From Candidatus Pacearchaeota archaeon (GTDB lineage Archaea > Nanobdellota > Nanobdellia > Pacearchaeales > GW2011-AR1), in contig JAGLOA010000001.1 of NCBI GenBank assembly GCA_023139205.1, positions 906 to 64,905 on the forward strand: DNA of 64,000 nt, in the 5' to 3' direction. Under the pieces are notes generated by a model. The model was given only the letters and a program-made list of their open reading frames with translations, was not told the origin of the DNA and made no database searches. Shown here in pieces: positions 36,536-46,417 of the stretch (its first letter is position 1; every line of letters starts with the position of its first letter). The position numbers and the translations under genes were made by a program.

Positions 36536-38407
36536 CTACTGAACATCCACCAAAATACTTCCCTCATTATTATCTTCATTAGATTCAAGAATTAAATTAT
36601 CAAAATCAACAATAACATTTGGATTATAAGTTCCTGAAGAAGCATATGTCCACCTCATGTAGACTCTTTCAAAATCTCCTACATCAAGATTAATAGCTTC
36701 TATTCTTTCAGGATTATCATCCCCAGAATCAGTATCAACCATCCAAAAAATATTTTCTGCAATAAAATTCCCAATATTTTTTATAGTAAATGCAAGCACA
36801 ACTATTTGATTTTCATTCTTTTGAATAACTAAATCTTCAATAATTAAATCAGGATAAACACATTCTGCATTATTACAACTATATTCACAATTTTCAACTA
36901 ATTGTCTTTCAGTAGTCTCAAAACAAGAACCAGAAGAACATCCCCTGTCTGTAAAATCTTTGTAAATATCACCTTCATAACAATAATTTTCACTATATTC
37001 TTCTTCCCCACATTCAGAAACTTTTTCCTCTTCTCTCATCATCACAACATCAATTAAATTTATGCAAGTTTTATTATGATAAACATCATTTTCTTTACAA
37101 TAGTTATTTCCCCAATTTTCATCACACTCAAGAACTTTAAAATTTTCATCCCCTGTAAATCTTACACAATTAGCACTTACACAAAAAGGATAATCTGCCT
37201 GAGCTTGGTCAAAAGCATCTTTAACATTATAACCTTGATTCATATAATTAAAAAGAACATTTTCCCAGGAAGGAGAGTACACAAAACAATCCCAGCATTC
37301 TGGAGTATCTAGACCACAATAGCCCATCGCAGTTGTATCTTCATTGGAGCCTTTCATTAATTCATATGAAAGAGTATTATCCCCTAACTCACACATGCTA
37401 TTACAACTACTTAAAAAATTAAATGGAATTTTATTAGATTCTGTCATCCATGTTTCAATTTCACTTGCATATGTGGTTTCATAAAAACCTCCAACACATC
37501 CACCTCCAAACGAAAGAGAAGTCCCATGAGCAATTTCATAAAACATTTTTAATTCATTTGATTGTATATGACTTTGTATTTTTGCCTTTGTTGGCCATTC
37601 AACAGCTTCTGTATTATATCCCATTTCATTAAACCAAGATTCAGCATTTAGGTATTGATTTTCCCAGGAAAAACCACAGGGATTATGAACCATTGGACCA
37701 GACAAAGAAAAACCACTATATCTTGGGGGAACACCTTCTCCTAAAATCTCTCCATCAACAGAATCAATTATTGTAATTGTTATAGAACCATTTTTAGAAG
37801 TTGAAACAATCCAGCAAGGATTCTTTGGAGTTGGTTTAATTAAGAAAATTTCTGAATCAGGAGAAATAATATATAACTTAGAAAATTCAATTTCTCCTTC
37901 AACAAGTACTTCTGCTTCTTCTGAGCTAATTATATTTTCTGGAAAAACATAGTCATCTAAATCATCTCTCAAATGAATTTCTTTTTTCAAAAAATTACCT
38001 TCTTGGTCAAATTGATATGATTTAAAATCTTTTTCAACAATTGCGTCGCCAATCATTCTTTGGTAAAAATAAACTATTTTATCATCAACTTCAACTAACT
38101 TAAACTCCTCATAATTTTCTTCATAATCTTCTAAAGGATGTTTTTCTTCTTCAGAATTTTTTTTTGAAGATTTTTTTGAAGAACTTCCTCCACCCCCTCC
38201 ATTAGAATAAGGGTTTTCAGGAATTTTCAAATTACTAACAGAAGATCCAAGAACAGGAAAACCAAGTAAAATCTCCTGATTTTGAGAGTCCCCAATTTTA
38301 TCATTCTTTTTGTAAACTTCATTAACAGTAAAAACAAAACCTGAAAAAACAATTAACATAGAAAAAACTAAAAGAATCACCAAGATCCTTTTTTGTTTGT
38401 TTATCAT
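36536..38407 (-). CDS. large secreted protein (G/S-rich linker, Cys-rich C-terminal half, CARDB/NNEG-like tail)
   Basis: Signal anchor, GGGGGSSSKKSSKKNSEE linker, many Cys pairs. Its C-terminal 40 codons are duplicated as a fragment at 41575-41690. Confidence 0.45.
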   Translation of the reverse strand: MINKQKRILVILLVFSMLIVFSGFVFTVNEVYKKNDKIGDSQNQEILLGFPVLGSSVSNLKIPENPYSNGGGGGSSSKKSSKKNSEEEKHPLEDYEENYEEFKLVEVDDKIVYFYQRMIGDAIVEKDFKSYQFDQEGNFLKKEIHLRDDLDDYVFPENIISSEEAEVLVEGEIEFSKLYIISPDSEIFLIKPTPKNPCWIVSTSKNGSITITIIDSVDGEILGEGVPPRYSGFSLSGPMVHNPCGFSWENQYLNAESWFNEMGYNTEAVEWPTKAKIQSHIQSNELKMFYEIAHGTSLSFGGGCVGGFYETTYASEIETWMTESNKIPFNFLSSCNSMCELGDNTLSYELMKGSNEDTTAMGYCGLDTPECWDCFVYSPSWENVLFNYMNQGYNVKDAFDQAQADYPFCVSANCVRFTGDENFKVLECDENWGNNYCKENDVYHNKTCINLIDVVMMREEEKVSECGEEEYSENYCYEGDIYKDFTDRGCSSGSCFETTERQLVENCEYSCNNAECVYPDLIIEDLVIQKNENQIVVLAFTIKNIGNFIAENIFWMVDTDSGDDNPERIEAINLDVGDFERVYMRWTYASSGTYNPNVIVDFDNLILESNEDNNEGSILVDVQ

Positions 38408-38412
38408 TTTAA

Positions 38413-39111
38413 TTAAGAACCTCCATTCACAAAATTTTCAAGTCCTGATTTTCCAACATATTCAGGAGTTCTTATCCAAGAATAATTTGGAATGCCGTAG
38501 AAATTTAATAACGCCCTATTCTCTCTATCTTTTGTTAAATCATCCATAGAACTCACATAATTAATTACATGATCTTTTCCCAAATAACAAAGAAAATCAG
38601 CATGAGCATTATCTGAAGCTCCAAGAGAAAGGTCTTCACTCTCATCATAAGTTATGTTAGCATTTTCAAGATAATTTCTAATAATAGTTCTTGCTTCTTC
38701 TTCTGATGGAGAATAAACAGCATCTGTTGCAGGAGTGCTATCTTCTGTGCCCCCTGAAGTAACTGCACTTGCTGAAAAATAATTCCAGCCCTGATTTAGT
38801 GAAGTAGTTATTTCATAATTATTGGGGTAGTTTTGTGATTCTTCTTCATCTATTTTTGTTTTAATATACTCTATAGGCTCCTCTGAATCTTCCCCTTTAA
38901 CAGTATATTGCACATGTCCTTCATTATCAAATTTTGTTGTTACATATGTTTCAGGAGCTATAACTTTAATTCTGATTATGGCTTTTGCAGGAGCAATAGC
39001 AGGTTCTCGACAAGAAGCAAAGGCGATGGTAGGGACTATTAAGGTTAGCCCAATTAATGTTTTGAACCCCCTCTTGACATTTCCAACAAGTCTTTGAAGT
39101 GATTTTTTCAT
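38413..39111 (-). CDS. secreted protein / putative lipoprotein
   Basis: N-terminal hydrophobic segment ending AFASC. Confidence 0.4.
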   Translation of the reverse strand: MKKSLQRLVGNVKRGFKTLIGLTLIVPTIAFASCREPAIAPAKAIIRIKVIAPETYVTTKFDNEGHVQYTVKGEDSEEPIEYIKTKIDEEESQNYPNNYEITTSLNQGWNYFSASAVTSGGTEDSTPATDAVYSPSEEEARTIIRNYLENANITYDESEDLSLGASDNAHADFLCYLGKDHVINYVSSMDDLTKDRENRALLNFYGIPNYSWIRTPEYVGKSGLENFVNGGS

Positions 39112-39319
39112 CTTGTTTCGCCACTATTAAGTGATGTTTAAACTTTATAAACTTATCTGTGTAAAAACATAACCTTTTTTTGCAATAAAATGTCTTATCA
39201 AATAATCTTTTTTTCAATTTCACCAGAAAAATATTTTGATATTGTTTTTTGCTTTAATTTTTTGAGGAATTTTGTTTTGGTTAACAGGTGATTTTATTCT
39301 TGTTCAGTTTTTTCATAAG

Positions 39320-39352
39320 AACCTGCTTTACAGCAGGTCTTATCTTTTTTTT
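39320..39352 (+). other. GC-rich hairpin followed by T8 (AACCTGCTttacaAGCAGGTCTTATC TTTTTTTT); member of a repeated hairpin family (see 6589-6610)
   Basis: 7-bp perfect stem plus oligo-T; lies in the 5' region of minus-strand gene 38413..39111, so not an obvious terminator for an upstream gene. Confidence 0.4.
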
Positions 39353-39494
39353 CGAGGTAACCTTATTTCTGGATAAGACAAGAACCTTAATTACAATAAA
39401 ATTTAAATAGATTGAACAATTATTTTATAAAAAGAAAATGAGATTGTGGAGAAAAATAAATTAAACTCAAAATTAAATCATAGGAGGTATAAAA

Positions 39495-39866
39495 ATGTTA
39501 AAACTTGAAAATTTAATAGGAGTTAGTCCAGTATTTCAGGCAATGAAGCCAATGTATTTTTTTGGTGATTTCAGTCCTGCAGAAAAAGTAGCATATGGAA
39601 TAGTTAAAACACCTTATCAACTGAACAACGAGAAGCTTCAACTTGAAAGCAGTGATACTTGCATAAAATTGAAATCTTCAGATGGGCAACCATTAGTCAG
39701 ACTTGACTACAAACAACATGGAAGCAATCCGCCAATGCATCTTCAGTATGGAGGAGAAGAGAATGGATTTAACCCATATAGGAGTGGAAACGAAGCAGCT
39801 GAAATAGTGGTTAAGATACTTCAACTAAGTAAATTAGTTCCAGTGATGTTTGAGAAAACAAAATGA
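39495..39866 (+). CDS. hypothetical protein
   Basis: Strong SD-like AGGAGGT 8 nt upstream; 123 aa. Confidence 0.4.
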   Translation: MLKLENLIGVSPVFQAMKPMYFFGDFSPAEKVAYGIVKTPYQLNNEKLQLESSDTCIKLKSSDGQPLVRLDYKQHGSNPPMHLQYGGEENGFNPYRSGNEAAEIVVKILQLSKLVPVMFEKTK

Positions 39867-40093
39867 GAGTAGAAGTAAGTAAACACGAAAAGGGAGAAGA
39901 GAAAGTCTTCAAAGGAGAGTATAGTTATATGGAAAGCTGGAAAGAAGATCATAAATTTGTTTCCCTTATGTCAATTGTAAATAATGAAACAGAAGGAAAC
40001 TTTGATATACAATTTACTTTAACTGAAGAAGAATTAACCAAATTAATAGAACAATTGAATATCCTGAAGTATCAAGGGGGAAATAGTGGTTAA
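39863..40093 (+). CDS. small hypothetical protein (EGEYSY family, paralogue of 40136..40339)
   Basis: Shares (F/L)(K/E)GEYSY(M/V)E...N(N/D)(E/K)TEG(N/D)FDI(Q/K)F with the next ORF. Confidence 0.35.
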   Translation: MRVEVSKHEKGEEKVFKGEYSYMESWKEDHKFVSLMSIVNNETEGNFDIQFTLTEEELTKLIEQLNILKYQGGNSG

Positions 40094-40135
40094 GATACTT
40101 GAATTAAATAAAAAGATAACTTATGAATTTGAAGA

Positions 40136-40339
40136 ATGAAAATAAAAGTAACTTTTTTTAGGAAAGCAGAAGAGCAGGTTCTCGAAGGAGAATACAGCTA
40201 TGTGGAAACTGGCGATGAAGGAGAAGAAGCAGCAGTTACTGTTTCAGTTACTAATGATAAAACCGAAGGAGATTTTGATATAAAATTTAATGGAAGCAAA
40301 AAAGAAATGAAAGATTTTATAGATGAATTTAGTTACTAA
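40136..40339 (+). CDS. small hypothetical protein (EGEYSY family)
   Basis: Tandem paralogue of 39863..40093. Confidence 0.35.
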   Translation: MKIKVTFFRKAEEQVLEGEYSYVETGDEGEEAAVTVSVTNDKTEGDFDIKFNGSKKEMKDFIDEFSY

Positions 40340-40538
40340 GATAGTCACCAAAGAGTAATAGAAATGGCAGATGTTAGTGAACAGGAATTAAAAAAAGAAC
40401 TTTTAGAAATTTATGAAGGATTTTTAAGTAATCCTCATATCAAATAATTAAAAGTCTGACAGTGAGTCTTCACGGAAAGTATTTGAGTCTGACTAATCTC
40501 AGCTTGATGGATAAAAATTTGATTTAACAATACCCTCT

Positions 40539-41390
40539 TCATATATCCTCCATAACTGGTTTTCCAGAAATAAATTCTGATTCCAAACCAAGTTTCCTAA
40601 AGTATTCACACATTTTTTGGCAGGCAAATTTCTCAGTAGAATAATGAGTTCCACCAAGAATGTTTATTTTATGCTCTTTAGCAAAATCATGTGCTTTTTG
40701 TGAATAAGGATTTAATGCAGTTATTCCAGTTACAAATGTATTTACTCCTTCTTTTGCAATTTCTTGCAACATTTCAATATCATTTCCCCCGCCAGCTATA
40801 ACTGCTGCAAATCCTTCTTTAATGTTTAAACTTCCATATTGATATAAACTGATTTTATGACCTACTGACTCTTCAAACTTTCTTGATAAATCTGCAGTTG
40901 TTCTTAATTTTGTTTTTCCAAATATCCCGCATAAAGCTCCGAAATATTTTGCAAATGCTTTTTCAGGTTTTATTCCAACAGCTTCGGCTAAAGTATAACT
41001 TGTAGAATATTTTCCATAATTATCTAATGGAACATGCAAAACATAAATTGAAATATTTCTTTTCCTTAATTCTTCCAAATACTCTTTTTTAGGAGGCTGA
41101 AATACGGAAGGTGTTTTTCTAATATCCCAGATTAAAGGATGATGCAAAAATAACATAGCATTTTCAACACCATCATCTAAAATCTTTTGCATTACTTTAT
41201 CTTCAGGAAAAACAGCAGTATAAACTTTAGTTATTTCCTGAGTATTATCGCAAACTAATCCCATTGCTCTTTTTTTAAAGTTTTCACTAAGAAATTCACC
41301 ATAACCCTCTTCCATCCCAAACCATTCATCTGAAAGTCCTGATTTTATAAAATCTTTTTCAAGCCCTGCATAAAGTTTCTTAGCTTCCAT
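40539..41390 (-). CDS. Nif3-family dinuclear-metal-centre protein (YqfO/YbgI-like)
   Basis: LFLHHPLIW, HVPLDNYG, GGTHYSTEK are conserved Nif3 His/Asp/Glu ligand motifs; 283 aa. Confidence 0.65.
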   Translation of the reverse strand: MEAKKLYAGLEKDFIKSGLSDEWFGMEEGYGEFLSENFKKRAMGLVCDNTQEITKVYTAVFPEDKVMQKILDDGVENAMLFLHHPLIWDIRKTPSVFQPPKKEYLEELRKRNISIYVLHVPLDNYGKYSTSYTLAEAVGIKPEKAFAKYFGALCGIFGKTKLRTTADLSRKFEESVGHKISLYQYGSLNIKEGFAAVIAGGGNDIEMLQEIAKEGVNTFVTGITALNPYSQKAHDFAKEHKINILGGTHYSTEKFACQKMCEYFRKLGLESEFISGKPVMEDI

Positions 41391-41574
41391 AGAAATATTT
41401 AATACTTTGACTTTTTAGAGTTTACTTCTCACCCCTCTTTATTCAGAAATACAAAATCAACAATATATCCTTTTATAGTTTCAATTAAGAAATTTAGAAT
41501 TATCCACAAACTTTTAAATAACACTCTTTATTTCTTCTCTTTTGTAATCTCCTAAACAATAACTTCAACACGTT

Positions 41575-41690
41575 CCTCATTATTACCTTCATTAAACTCA
41601 GTAATTAAATAACCAAAATCAATAATAACACTTGGATTATAAGTTCCTGAAGAAGAATCTACAACCTGGTAAAGTTTGAAAAGAATTAAA
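41575..41690 (-). pseudogene. C-terminal gene fragment duplicating the 3' end of 36536..38407
   Basis: About 85-90% nt identity to 36555-36660; translates to ..VDSSSGTYNPSVIIDFGYLITEFNEGNNEERVEVIV* versus the native ..YASSGTYNPNVIVDFDNLILESNEDNNEGSILVDVQ*. Confidence 0.45.
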
Positions 41691-41774
41691 AAATTAGTTT
41701 TTGTTGTATAATCTAACAAGATATATCATATAACCAAAAGACTTAAATATCCTTCTTTTGTTATATAAAACAAC

Positions 41775-42113
41775 ATGGATAATATAGCTTTAGAACTAAA
41801 AGAAAATATCCGAGAATTTTACAGTTCAGCATTAAAAGCAGAACAAGAACGTAAATATAATGTTGCAGTCACATTATTTTTCAAGGCTCTGGCACTTCTT
41901 TCTGACTTATATATCTTTGAAAAAGAAAACAAAATCCCAAACAGCCATTCAGATAGATTCAGAATCCTTGACTCAAAATATCCTGAAATTTACAAAATAC
42001 TTGATAAAAATTTTTCTTTTTATCAGGATAGCTACAGAATAAAATTAAATAAAGAAATTTGCGAGGTATTTAGAAATGATGCAGAACAACTCATTAAATT
42101 ACTTAAAATCTGA
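41775..42113 (+). CDS. hypothetical alpha-helical protein (possible HEPN-like partner of the nucleotidyltransferase)
   Basis: 112 aa, helical; overlaps the start of the MNT-like ORF by 38 nt. Confidence 0.25.
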   Translation: MDNIALELKENIREFYSSALKAEQERKYNVAVTLFFKALALLSDLYIFEKENKIPNSHSDRFRILDSKYPEIYKILDKNFSFYQDSYRIKLNKEICEVFRNDAEQLIKLLKI

Positions 42114-42645
42114 AAGCAAAAAATTCTCTGACAAAGAAATCTTTGATATTGTTCTTTATGGTTCTTCTGTTTCAAAAGAAAACCCAAGAGACACAGACAT
42201 TGCAATAATCTTTTTCAACAAAAACCTTAATGAAAGATTAAAATTATCTCAGGAATTCAAAGATAAAATAAAAAATAAAATTCATAATCCAGATGTAAAA
42301 ACAATAAATCTCTCAGAACTTTTTGACAAATCATTTCTTGCAAGACAAGGAATTATAACCGAAGGATACAGCCTTCTTACAAATTCATGGTTCTCTGAAA
42401 AAATCGGATTTAATGGATATATGCTGTTTACTTATTCATTAACAAATCTTAATCACAATGAAAAAACAAAATTCACTTATTCTTTAATTGGAAGAACAAA
42501 TAAAGGAATGATAGAAATTTCAAAGGCAAAACACCTGGGCAAAGGAGCATTAATTGTGCCAATAGAAAACAGCTTTTTATTTGAAGAGTTTTTAAAAAAA
42601 TGGAAAATAAATTTTAAATCTAAAAAAATTCTTGTTTCACAATGA
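42076..42645 (+). CDS. minimal nucleotidyltransferase (Pol-beta superfamily, MNT-like)
   Basis: DIVLYGSSVSKENPRDTDIAIIF (GS...DxD motif). Confidence 0.5.
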   Translation: MMQNNSLNYLKSESKKFSDKEIFDIVLYGSSVSKENPRDTDIAIIFFNKNLNERLKLSQEFKDKIKNKIHNPDVKTINLSELFDKSFLARQGIITEGYSLLTNSWFSEKIGFNGYMLFTYSLTNLNHNEKTKFTYSLIGRTNKGMIEISKAKHLGKGALIVPIENSFLFEEFLKKWKINFKSKKILVSQ

Positions 42646-42824
42646 TATCAAAAAAAGAAATTAAAGACCTTGCAAAAAAACATTCTAAAAAGTTAAGTAA
42701 AGAAAGTTTCAATGTACTTGAAGAAAAGGTTGCAACGTATATCTCAGAACTCATAAAAAGCTCTTCAAGAAAAGCAGATTTTTCAGGAAGAATTTTAATT
42801 AAACCAGAAGATTTTATTATTTAA
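42642..42824 (+). CDS. small hypothetical protein
   Basis: 60 aa, start overlaps the preceding stop by 4 nt. Confidence 0.2.
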   Translation: MISKKEIKDLAKKHSKKLSKESFNVLEEKVATYISELIKSSSRKADFSGRILIKPEDFII

Positions 42825-42855
42825 ATTTCTTGATAATTTTATTAAATTCAACCCT

Positions 42856-43155
42856 TCATCCTCCAATTAAATGATGGTATTCTTTTTTTTCAGAAATTTT
42901 TATTAGTTTATTTAAGAGACCATTTAATATTTTTTTTCTTTGCTCATCTTTTGCATCACCTAGTAATGTAACCCATGAAGTTTTGAATGTTTTAGTTAAT
43001 GGTGCAAGACCATATACTAATAAAGTATTTATGATTAAAGTATTATTTGTATTTGTTAATTCTGCAAGTTCTTTTACTAAATTTAATGTTGTTTTATCTA
43101 TGTTTAAAGAAATTTTTTTCTGAGGATTTAATGGGCTTTCTATTAGTTTTTTCAT
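42856..43155 (-). CDS. hypothetical protein
   Basis: 99-aa ORF. Confidence 0.3.
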   Translation of the reverse strand: MKKLIESPLNPQKKISLNIDKTTLNLVKELAELTNTNNTLIINTLLVYGLAPLTKTFKTSWVTLLGDAKDEQRKKILNGLLNKLIKISEKKEYHHLIGG

Positions 43156-43252
43156 AATATAACTATAATACTAAAGTATATATAAATTTTTCTTTTAGAT
43201 AAATATTCTTTATGATTTCCCTAGTCTACATTTCTTGATAATTTTATTAAAT

Positions 43253-44665
43253 TCAACCCTTCACAACACACAAAGGTTTTAACCTAACAACTTTTTTGCT
43301 AATTCCAAGTTCATCCACAACCCTTACAACTTCGTCAATATCTTTGTAAGCATCAGGTGCTTCCTGAACAAGTCCTTTCCAGCTCCCAGATTTAACCTCA
43401 ATACCTTTTTCATAAAGTTCTTTTTTCACATCTTCACCTTTTCTATCTCTTGAAGCTTCTGCCCTGCTTTTTACTCTCCCTGCTCCATGAACAGTGCTCC
43501 CAAAAGTTAATTCCTCTGCTTTTTTTGTTCCAACTAAAACATAACTTGAAGTTCCCATACTCCCTGGAATCAAGACCGGCTGTCCAATCTTTCTATAAGC
43601 AATAGGAATTTCTTTTCTACCTGGACCAAAACTTCTGGTCGCACCTTTTCTATGAACAAGAACAATTTTCTTTTTGCCTTTAACAATATGCTTTTCAAAC
43701 TTTGCAATATTGTGGCAGATATCATAAACAACATCAATTTTAATTTTTGGAAAAAGATATTTCATTTCTTCTCTAACCCAATGAGTAATTATCTGTTTAT
43801 TTACAAAAGCAAAATTTGCAGCACAAGCCATAGCAGAAAGATAATCTTCCCCTAATTTACTTTTTATTGGAGCATTAACCAATTCCCTGTCAAAGTCGGG
43901 GTAGCCATATTTCTCCCCCATTTTTTTAATATAATCAGAAGCAACTTGATGGCCCAATCCTCGGGAACCGCAATGAATCATAATTGTAACCTGATTTTTT
44001 TTCAATCCAAAAACTTTAGCAATTTTTTCATCAAAAATTTCATCAACATACTGCACCTCTAAAAAATGATTTCCTGCTCCCAAAGTTCCCAACTGCCCAA
44101 GACCTCTTTTTATTGCTCTTTCTGAAACCTTGCTTACATCTGCTCCTTTCATACATCCTTCTTCCTCCATATGCAGATAATCTTCTTTCACCCCATAACC
44201 TTTCTCCACAATATATTTCGCTCCACCCTTTAAAACTTTTTCAAGTTCTTTTTTAGTAATCTGAAATTTGCTCCCTTTTCCAAGACCAGAAGGAATTTTT
44301 CTATAAAGTGCCTCAACAACTTTTTTTTGATTTTCTACAATATCTTTTTTTGTTAAATTAGTTTTCAAAAGTCTTACACTACAATTAATATCATATCCCA
44401 CCCCTCCAGGAGAAATAATCCCCCTATCTAAATCAAAAGCTGCAACACCCCCAATAGAAAAACCATATCCTTGATGAGCATCTGTTAAAGCAATTGATGC
44501 CTTTAAAATTCCAGGCAAACACGCAATGTTTTTAACTTGCTCCAAAGTTTTATCTTTTTTAATTGCTTCAAGAATTTTTTCAGAAGCATAAATCATTCCA
44601 GGAACATTCATTTTCCCTTCTTTAGGAATTTCATAAATATTGTTTCCTATTTTTTTAAGTTCCAT
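43253..44665 (-). CDS. rtcB: RtcB-family RNA 3'-phosphate ligase (tRNA-splicing ligase)
   Basis: LGAGNHFLEVQ, HGAGR, PGSMG and other RtcB metal/GMP-binding motifs; 470 aa. Confidence 0.85.
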   Translation of the reverse strand: MELKKIGNNIYEIPKEGKMNVPGMIYASEKILEAIKKDKTLEQVKNIACLPGILKASIALTDAHQGYGFSIGGVAAFDLDRGIISPGGVGYDINCSVRLLKTNLTKKDIVENQKKVVEALYRKIPSGLGKGSKFQITKKELEKVLKGGAKYIVEKGYGVKEDYLHMEEEGCMKGADVSKVSERAIKRGLGQLGTLGAGNHFLEVQYVDEIFDEKIAKVFGLKKNQVTIMIHCGSRGLGHQVASDYIKKMGEKYGYPDFDRELVNAPIKSKLGEDYLSAMACAANFAFVNKQIITHWVREEMKYLFPKIKIDVVYDICHNIAKFEKHIVKGKKKIVLVHRKGATRSFGPGRKEIPIAYRKIGQPVLIPGSMGTSSYVLVGTKKAEELTFGSTVHGAGRVKSRAEASRDRKGEDVKKELYEKGIEVKSGSWKGLVQEAPDAYKDIDEVVRVVDELGISKKVVRLKPLCVVKG

Positions 44666-44760
44666 TTGATAATCAAGAAGAAAGAGTTTTTATAATTTTA
44701 ATTTCCTTTTAGAATTAAACAATATATTTCTCTGGACTCTTGATAATTAAATAGAGAAAA

Positions 44761-45039
44761 CTAATAAAAATATTTTGAGAATGCAGTATTAAAGCTTGCA
44801 TGTGACCGGAGGTAATCTTCTTGATTTTGATGCCCTTGATTTTTATTTATCAAATTTTGTACTGGTTTTGGAAAAAAATTATCTCTTTTCATTACATTAT
44901 TAAAAAAAATTTTTTTACCTTCTATGCTTGGAGCAAAAGTTTCATTAACCATAAAAACTTGAAAATAATCAATTATCTTATTTAAAGTTCTTTCTTGTAA
45001 ATATTTTAAAGTTCTTTCTTGTAAATATTTTTGTTTCAT
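44761..45039 (-). CDS. small hypothetical protein containing a 24-bp tandem duplication
   Basis: LKYLQERTLKYLQERTL arises from tandem duplication of a 24-mer at about 44985-45035; may be non-coding. Confidence 0.2.
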   Translation of the reverse strand: MKQKYLQERTLKYLQERTLNKIIDYFQVFMVNETFAPSIEGKKIFFNNVMKRDNFFPKPVQNLINKNQGHQNQEDYLRSHASFNTAFSKYFY

Positions 45040-45158
45040 TTTAACTTGGAGGATAAACTCTTTTTAAACTTTACTAATCCCCTTTTATGGCTTAGAATAA
45101 GCTTCAAATATAAAATCTCTTCTAAAGATTCCATAACAACCTTTCAAAACCTTTTCAC

Positions 45159-45626
45159 TTATTTAGTCCAGCAAAACAACTTCAATTGCCTATAATCTAG
45201 TTTTGTCATATTAGCAGTGATTGTGACTGATTCAGAATAAACATCTGCTTCAATTATTTCTCCTAATTCACAAGTTATATTCATCCAGCAAATACTTGCC
45301 TTGCAATCAAGATAATTCGGGGTTCTGTAGATTATTCTATTTTTAATCATTAAAGGAAACTCTGCGTCATCCCAGGTAACAACCGGGGAAACAACCCCCA
45401 CCATATCTCCTCTTAAAGAATTATTTAATTGAATTTCTCTTAAAATTGAAAGTTCAGCATCATGTATCTGCTGAGAAATATCTTTTTTCCCTATCCCTGT
45501 TTTATCCACAACAATTAACAAAACCGCCGCAATTAATAATATCGCAACAAAAGCTTCAACAATTTTTATCCACCCTCTTTTATTCATAATTATCCCCACA
45601 CTTGTATATTTATAAAACCTGTCCAA
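45159..45626 (-). CDS. archaeal type IV prepilin-like protein
   Basis: MNKRGWIKIVEAFVAILLIAAVLLIV class III signal peptide-like N-terminus. Confidence 0.45.
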   Translation of the reverse strand: MDRFYKYTSVGIIMNKRGWIKIVEAFVAILLIAAVLLIVVDKTGIGKKDISQQIHDAELSILREIQLNNSLRGDMVGVVSPVVTWDDAEFPLMIKNRIIYRTPNYLDCKASICWMNITCELGEIIEADVYSESVTITANMTKLDYRQLKLFCWTK

Positions 45627-46417
45627 ATATTTGCATTTTCATCAACATATTGAATTGGAATTTCTCTTGCATAAACATTGCCTGTAATTTCTTTTTCTTC
45701 TGTTCTTACAATTGTTTCATTATAAGTAAAACTAAAACCAAATTCAGTTCCAGGAGAAAGTTTTAATTCCTCCTTTAATTCATCATATCTGGAATTATAA
45801 TCTTCCAAAAATTCCCCAATTTTACTTAAGAATATTTTTTCACTTTTTTTAACTAACCCTATAAAATATATCCCCACAATATAACCTTCTTCTTCATTTT
45901 CTAAAGATTGACATTTTTCATCATCATCACAATCAGAAATTCCTGCACATCCTCCAACAAGTTCTTCTCCCAAGGAATTAAATTCTTCAGAGTTATATAG
46001 TTTGTATAAGATGATGGAATTTTCCCCTTTATCAACATATAAATGATCTTCAGAAGCAGAAGCAATAACTGGGTTTTCATTTTCATCTTTGATAATTGTT
46101 CTAGAATCAATCTCTAAATCTGTTAATAAATCCTTTAATTCAATACAAGTTACCCCTGCCTCAATAACTGTATCATTTCTAATTATAATACTCGTGAAAT
46201 TTTCAGAAATCGCTTCAACTAATTCAATTTCTAAATAATCTAAAGTTGATTCTCTGTCTTGATCTATTTTTAATGAAGGTTCTAAGGCTGAATATAAAAA
46301 AATCAAAAAAGTTATGAAAATTGTAAAAGACAAAACAATTCCTACATGCGAGCCTTTTTTGTTTAAATGACTATGTTGATTTGAATAAGTTAAAAATTTT
46401 TTATTTTTTATTTTCAT
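45590..46417 (-). CDS. prepilin-like / pilus-associated protein
   Basis: KKGSHVGIVLSFTIFITFLIFLY hydrophobic N-terminal segment after KKG. Confidence 0.35.
   Translation of the reverse strand: MKIKNKKFLTYSNQHSHLNKKGSHVGIVLSFTIFITFLIFLYSALEPSLKIDQDRESTLDYLEIELVEAISENFTSIIIRNDTVIEAGVTCIELKDLLTDLEIDSRTIIKDENENPVIASASEDHLYVDKGENSIILYKLYNSEEFNSLGEELVGGCAGISDCDDDEKCQSLENEEEGYIVGIYFIGLVKKSEKIFLSKIGEFLEDYNSRYDELKEELKLSPGTEFGFSFTYNETIVRTEEKEITGNVYAREIPIQYVDENANIWTGFINIQVWG

Noticed and set aside
39320-39352. Hairpin + T8 as a Rho-independent-style terminator
   Set aside because: On the plus strand nothing is transcribed into it from upstream (neighbouring genes are minus-strand and this is their 5' side). 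It is kept as a repeat-family member and possible regulatory element rather than a terminator call.
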